Shown piece after piece: positions 57,711 through 64,000 of a DNA stretch of 64,000 nt (positions are counted from its first letter, which is position 1; each line of letters opens with the position of its first letter). The notes below the pieces were generated by a model. The model was not told the DNA's origin. It saw nothing but the letters and a program-made list of their open reading frames with translations, and searched no databases. The translations under genes and the position numbers were made by a program. This stretch comes from Chrysomallon squamiferum (taxonomy: Eukaryota > Animalia > Mollusca): positions 7,192,001 through 7,256,000 of the forward strand of contig CM022671.1 in NCBI GenBank assembly GCA_012295275.1, in the 5' to 3' direction.

Positions 57711-60239
57711 AAATTGTACAAATTTCTAACGTACCTGATTAACAACTTGTTCAAATTAAACTTGGTATTAATTGACTTTAACATGAAAAATATACACATC
57801 TGACGATACAACGCATCTATAAGTGTTAGAAAATTTATTTTATTTTATTGTTTTGGTTTTTTTTTTTTTTTGGGGTTTTTTTTTAACCAAGTTACAGGTG
57901 TGTGAATGAAAAAGATAATTTATACGACACATTAACTGAGAAATTAATTTGATGTGTGGAACACTAAACAATTAAAGAATTACAAAACGTGTACCTAATG
58001 ACATTATTTTAGTGATTTGTTCAGAAGATGGAAATATCCATGCACATAATGATTTTAAAAAGTTAAATACTTTAATATTAAAAAAAAAAAAAATTAAAAG
58101 AAAAAAAAAAAGATCTAAATGTTCAAGTTTATAAAAGGAAAAATAATAAAAAGGAAGAAATAATTTATCTAAAAATTCACGTTACCGTATACAAAACAAT
58201 ATAATTAAAAATACTATTAAGAAAATCTGAATGTTCATGTACATGTATATAAAATAATAATAATAAAATTATTTTAAAAATTAATAATGATAATGATGCA
58301 AAGATCGAAACACTTATATACATTAAATAATAACATTTAAAATACTAAAATTCAAGAGAAAAAAAACAAAAAACAAACAAACAAACAAACACACAAACAA
58401 GCATTTGTAATCCTCAACAGTGCCCCATTATATTAGACTGGTCTTAATATTTTGTTTACAGAGAGGTCTTTTTACACGCGCTAAACACACAAATGTCTGC
58501 TGCATTTCCACAGATTTAACAACGGATCGTTTAATACAAGTGCACCATTATTTTCTTCCGCCGCTGTGACTTAATGAACAACTGCAGTCGAGTGTTAAAA
58601 ATGCACGGCTCCCGGATAATTAGTGGTCGCTTTTCAATGCAGTAACGAAGTGACGTAGCACCTCGCGGTGCTGTTCAGACGAACATCACAGAACGCCTAT
58701 TTGGCGATTAGATGAAAAAGTACGGTAATGTGATAAAATACACAGACCACACACGTCTAATGTGAGTCATCATCGAGGTTTTATAATTACCATATCATTA
58801 ACAAATACACAACATCAGTGGTTTCAGCCCGTACTGTAATTACTACTACCACCACTGTCACTACCATAATACTATTACTACAGCTACTGTTACTACCACT
58901 ACTGTTGTTACTACAGCTACTATTTTTGTGAATATTTTTACAATTACTGCTACAGCTAGTGTTACTACGACTACTATTGCTATTGGTATGATTGCCAGTA
59001 CAAGTGCTACATCTACTACTGCTACTGATACTATTATTTCTACTATTATTTTTACTACTACTACCACTCTACTGTTTCTAAGTCCACAACTTGTACTACC
59101 ACGATCACTAAAGTCACTACTGCTATTACGGTTGATATTAATTATGATACCATACCACCACAACCACTACCACTACTACTACTACTACTACAACTACTAC
59201 TATTACTACGGCCACCATTATAACTATTTCTGTAAATTACTATTAATACTAATACTACTACTCCTTTTGTTTGTTTGTCTGAGGTGTTTTATTTAATTTA
59301 TTTATCTCTTCTTTTCTTTTTTTTTTTTTTGTTGTTGTTTTTGTTCTATTACTACTACTATAATCACTACTAATATTACACTGCTGATTTCAAAATATTA
59401 AACGATTATCAAAATACATCAATCTACGTCAACACGATATAGGATCCTAAATAGAGTTGCATGACGTCATCTAAACACACACACACAGAGATCAAAAATG
59501 TTTATTTTTTCTTTCATCTGATAGGCGTTCTATTTTGAGGTACCTCATAGTTTAGAATTAAAGATCAAAAGCATACCGTATTAAGAACACATTTTCAAGA
59601 TAGTTTTGGAAAATTAAAACAAACAAAAAAACACCCCCCAAAAAAACAACCCTAAATAATCTTAAGGAAGATTACACCTTACTAATTAAAAACCTAGCTA
59701 AGAAGCGATCCTAAAACCCATCAATCTAAAGGGCAAAGTTTAACCACTTCACAGAAAGAACTATCTCTCACACACACCGCTATCTGCGACCAGAGCAAGC
59801 CGCCACGTGACCCCACCCCCCCGGGCTGCCTGCTCGGCTCGGCTCGAGAAGATCGTGCTCCGAATCTCGGCTCGGGTTTGTTTTCGCAAGAAAAACTTAA
59901 AATAAAGCAGCCATTTCACGACCGGGTTATAATCTAATCGTTTATTTCATATGGTGCTGATTTGCAGTCAGAGAAGTGTGTGGTACACTGTGTTCTCTTT
60001 GCTGAGAAGATTTCTCAGGGCAATAAAACCGTGTCTTCATTTTTTTTTTTTTTTTTTTTTATTTTTTTTTTTTTTTTTTTATTATTATTTTATTTTTTTT
60101 TTTTTTTTCTGTGTCTAGTGTCTGACTGATGACAGAGACAGACAAACAAGAGTTCATCGCGAGATACATTCCAGCAAATCTTTTTGTACTAAATCCACTT
60201 TTCGTTTTGGGTTTGTCAGTTTTGTAAGTTTAAGCCGTA

Positions 60240-60480
60240 GGTAGAGTAGCTTAGTGGTTTGAATTTAAAAAAAAAAAAAAAAAAAAAAAATTCTTTTGGG
60301 TGATGGGACCCGCAAGATCGATCTTCCAAATTTCCGCTTTTTGGGTTATTGCTGGATTTTTTTTTTTTTTTATGTTCGTGGATTTTTCTTTCCTGTTTAC
60401 GGGAAGGTGCTCAGGAAAGGAGTGTCCCTGCTTAAAACGTAATAAACTTTATGGTTGTCGACGGTTTCCTCTCTTATATT
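60240..60480 (+). mobile_element. Decayed SINE-like element with tRNA-like head
   Basis: A-box-like gtagcttagtggt (about 60247) and B-box-like agatcgatc (about 60315), then tcctgtttacgggaaggtgc (complementary to gcaccttcccatagacgga at about 14141) and ggtttcctctc. Confidence 0.55.
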
Positions 60481-62881
60481 ACCGCTATTTAAATTTCCAT
60501 GTTTGTACAGTTAATGCGTATTGATTTCAAGATATAAAATATAAAAAAAAGATGTTTATAGATTTCATTGTTATAATATTGTTACTGTACGTAACCGAAA
60601 AAGAAAAGAAAAAAAAAGAAAGAAAAAAAATAACAATTAAATTTATATTGTAAACAAATATTTAATACGTACGCACGCACGCACACACACAGAATACATT
60701 GATATACAAACTTTTATCTTTTTACTGTAAGCTAAAAATAGTTTTAAAGAAAATTAAATTAAGCAAAAAAAATCAAATGTCTATATATATAGTCTACGAC
60801 ATTTACGGAAATAAGAATTAACTTTAGAAAAGAAAAGAAAAAAAAAAGAAAATAGTCTGCGACTTATACGGAAATAGCTACTTCCAGTTCCGCTTATGTC
60901 GGAATTTGGGTTCTCGTTTCTCGTACCACAGACATTTCCTCGTTCGGGGATCACACAGAAAACGACCGCAGATTTGACTGAATTTCCTGTCTGTAGTTGA
61001 TTACGTCAAATAGCTGCTGTGTACATTGTTGTATTTATTATGCACCGAACGTAGCTGCACACAAAACTGTTGTGAAGTTACGCAAACGTTTATAAACAGG
61101 AAATATTCAGAATTGAATATTTCCTTTTCCTTTTGTAATTGGAATCATTTCCCGTTCATAACACGCGCTCTGTGCTCGAATGTTGATATGTTTATATCAC
61201 GTATACTTGTTTACACGGACATTTACGATACCAGAATATGCAGTTATGAGGACACGTGTGTATTACGTCACAACTATCTGTGTATGACCTTATGTCGTTT
61301 GGTAAAAAAAAAAAAAAAAAAGAAAGAAAAAAAAAGAACAGATCCATATCTGATTAATGATAACTTAATTATTATGTCCGACATCTGAATTCGAGAGTGT
61401 TTACTAAATATCCAATTTGTGTTATCGGCTTTTTCAAATATTAGTATAAATAAAATAATGATTATATTTGCAGTTCCTTTTGAGGTTCTTTAAGTGATAA
61501 AATATATTTATTATTAAATTTTTGTTTATGTTTGTTTAAATATACACACCTGTTTATATAAAGTCTAAAACTCGGGAATTAGATCACTGATTGCAAGTCT
61601 CGACCGCAATATTACAGACATACACCTTATGTACAGTAAAGGCGCCAATAGTTGGCTTGAAGGAATTCATACACCCCCACACACACACACACACACACAG
61701 TGACACACTGACAAAATTAATAATAAAAAAATGAAAAAGTAAATTGTATATCAATCGTGTGTTTACAGTTTCGTGACAGCAGTGAAGATTATTTCCGAAA
61801 GATACACATCTTGTTTGCAAACGTGTATAATATATACACTCAGACACACCCCCACATACAGATAGATTGATAGATAGATAGAAAGATAGACAGATGCACA
61901 TACACACTTCTTTATACAACGTTTGCGTGTGAAACCATAACCAGATTGCATCATTTTCTTACCTACAGCGTCAGTTCAGGCCTAGAGAGAAACATGAACT
62001 AAATCATTCATTTATTATTCGAAACGTCAAACGTGTTATGACTTTCTGATACTAACGCAAATCCGATTTAAGCTTTAACCGTTTGTTTTAACTAGAAAGT
62101 TTTCCAAGATATGAACGGGTGGGGAGAGTGATATATATTGGGACTCATCCATTAATTGCTCTTGCTTGACTGCTGGTAGAATTTACTGAGGTATTTGATT
62201 CACACGAACTAAATGGTCTGATAAACAAAACTAGCTAAACCCGGTTAGTGTCCACATTTCCGTTAATTCGCTGTTTGCATGCAACGACAGCGACGTCATT
62301 CACATGGTCGGAATCGGGTCAGCTATTAATGTGATACTTAAAAATGTTTTCCTGACAATCCCCGTCTCTGAAGGGATCGCGGCTTAAACTGTTTGTCGAC
62401 TAATTATTGCAGGTCCGTGGTATCAGAACACCGGGAAAATGTGTGTTTTTTGTCGTAGCTGGCCTGCTAAATAACCTTTATCCTGATCTATGTTGAGATC
62501 ACACACACACACACACACACAGACACACATACACACACACAGACACAAACACACAGACACACATACACACATACACACAGACACACAGACATACACAAAG
62601 ATACCATACAAAACACACACGCAGACACAAGCACTCACAGACGTACATATACACAGACACACACACACACACATACACACAGACACACACATAGACACAG
62701 ACATACACACAGATACCATACAAACACACACACACAAACACAAGAACACACACACACAGAGACATACACACATATATACACAGCGACTTTAGAGAGAATA
62801 ATAAGTATATATAAATATAAAGTAAGTAAAAAGCTTAGAGCGCTTTTGAAACCTATTATGATACAGTTTTTTTATGTACAA

Positions 62882-63138
62882 TGTATTATTATTTATTTAT
62901 TATTTTAGACGAGACGATATATGATACACAGTTATTAAATAAATATATATATATATATATAATAATAAAAAGGCAATTTAGTTAAATATTTTTTTTGCTC
63001 TATATCTTATCACCTGTATTATTATTTATTTATTTTAGGCACGACGGTATATGATACACAGTTATTAAAAATATATAAATAATAATAAAAAGGCAATTTA
63101 GTTAAATATTTTGTTTGCTTATATATCTTATCATCTGT
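62882..63138. repeat. Two-copy tandem duplication, about 133-bp period
   Basis: tgtattattatttatttattatttta...tatatgatacacagttattaaa...aataataaaaaggcaatttagttaaatatttt...tatatcttatca at 62882 and 63015. Confidence 0.9.
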
Positions 63139-63574
63139 AAAATGATAAGGCTATTAAAACTCCTGGAGTTAAATGTAGTAGAGAAAACGTGTTTCCTGTG
63201 GCGTTATGACAATCTCAGTTCAAAATACTCATAATTTCAAAACAGTGAGTAGATAATTGACACACATATATTTATATCTCGCAGTTTTTACTAAACAACA
63301 TAAAAATTACCTCAAAAGCATTTTTTTTATCGGTTTCGCTATTATGATCTTATTAATCTTAATAAATTATGAAGTTAAGCTGGGTTTTTTCCCCTCTCTT
63401 TCGTTCTTACTGTCTTTTTGTCACTTTTTCCATGTCTCACTATGCATCAGTCCTCCGATCTGTCCATCTGTCAGTTTGTATATATATATATATATCTGTA
63501 TGTCTCTCTGTCTGTCTTTCAATCTAGCTAAAAGCCTTTCTGTCGATTTATACACCTAATTACCCACTTACCCA

Positions 63575-63637
<63 letters not shown>

Positions 63638-64000
63638 CTCTGTTTTATAATTATTTCTCAAATACAAAAAAGATTGTTATTGTGGATTGTTATCGATTGT
63701 GTGGATATTTTCATTTTTCCATGTTTAGATTGATTCTTTTTTATAACATTTATCGTTTACATTCCTACTATAATTACCTGTGAAATACGATGTTATCTAA
63801 TCGTTTTAACATAACAGGCGTGGTCTGATTTTGCAATTCATGACAGTTCAGTGTATTTATATTTAATATATATTTATATGCATTCACACACACATACACA
63901 TATTCATACATACACACAAGTGAATTCAGTTTTGTGGCATGACGCAAACTGAGTTTTTTTTTTTCAGGTATGTATATGTGTGTGTGTGTGTGTGTGTGTG

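Noticed and set aside
60240-60330. tRNA gene
   Set aside because: Only degenerate A/B-box-like motifs interrupted by poly-A, with no cloverleaf; better explained as a SINE head.

Overview
AT-rich, microsatellite-saturated animal genomic DNA. It is most likely molluscan, probably gastropod (inferred from the chitin-binding protein type and the SINE remnants). Nearly all ORF-track entries are simple-repeat translations. Two spliced genes can be assembled by hand, tail to tail. (1) A + strand universal stress protein (USP) gene with three phase-compatible exons (9520-9600, 21000-21091, 24770-24976); its first exon was not found and probably lies upstream of the window. (2) A - strand secreted multi-CBM14/peritrophin-A-like chitin-binding protein gene (34139-33900, 31218-30979, 30570-30149; 300 aa if repaired) with a 1-nt frameshift in an A5 run of exon 1. 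No convincing coding exon was found from 35 to 64 kb. That half holds SINE and DNA-transposon remnants (one end resembles Tigger4/Zombi), a local duplication, minisatellites and GC-richer regulatory-looking islands. No rRNA, tRNA or CRISPR array is supported. I found no well-supported novel system; the best leads are listed as findings.
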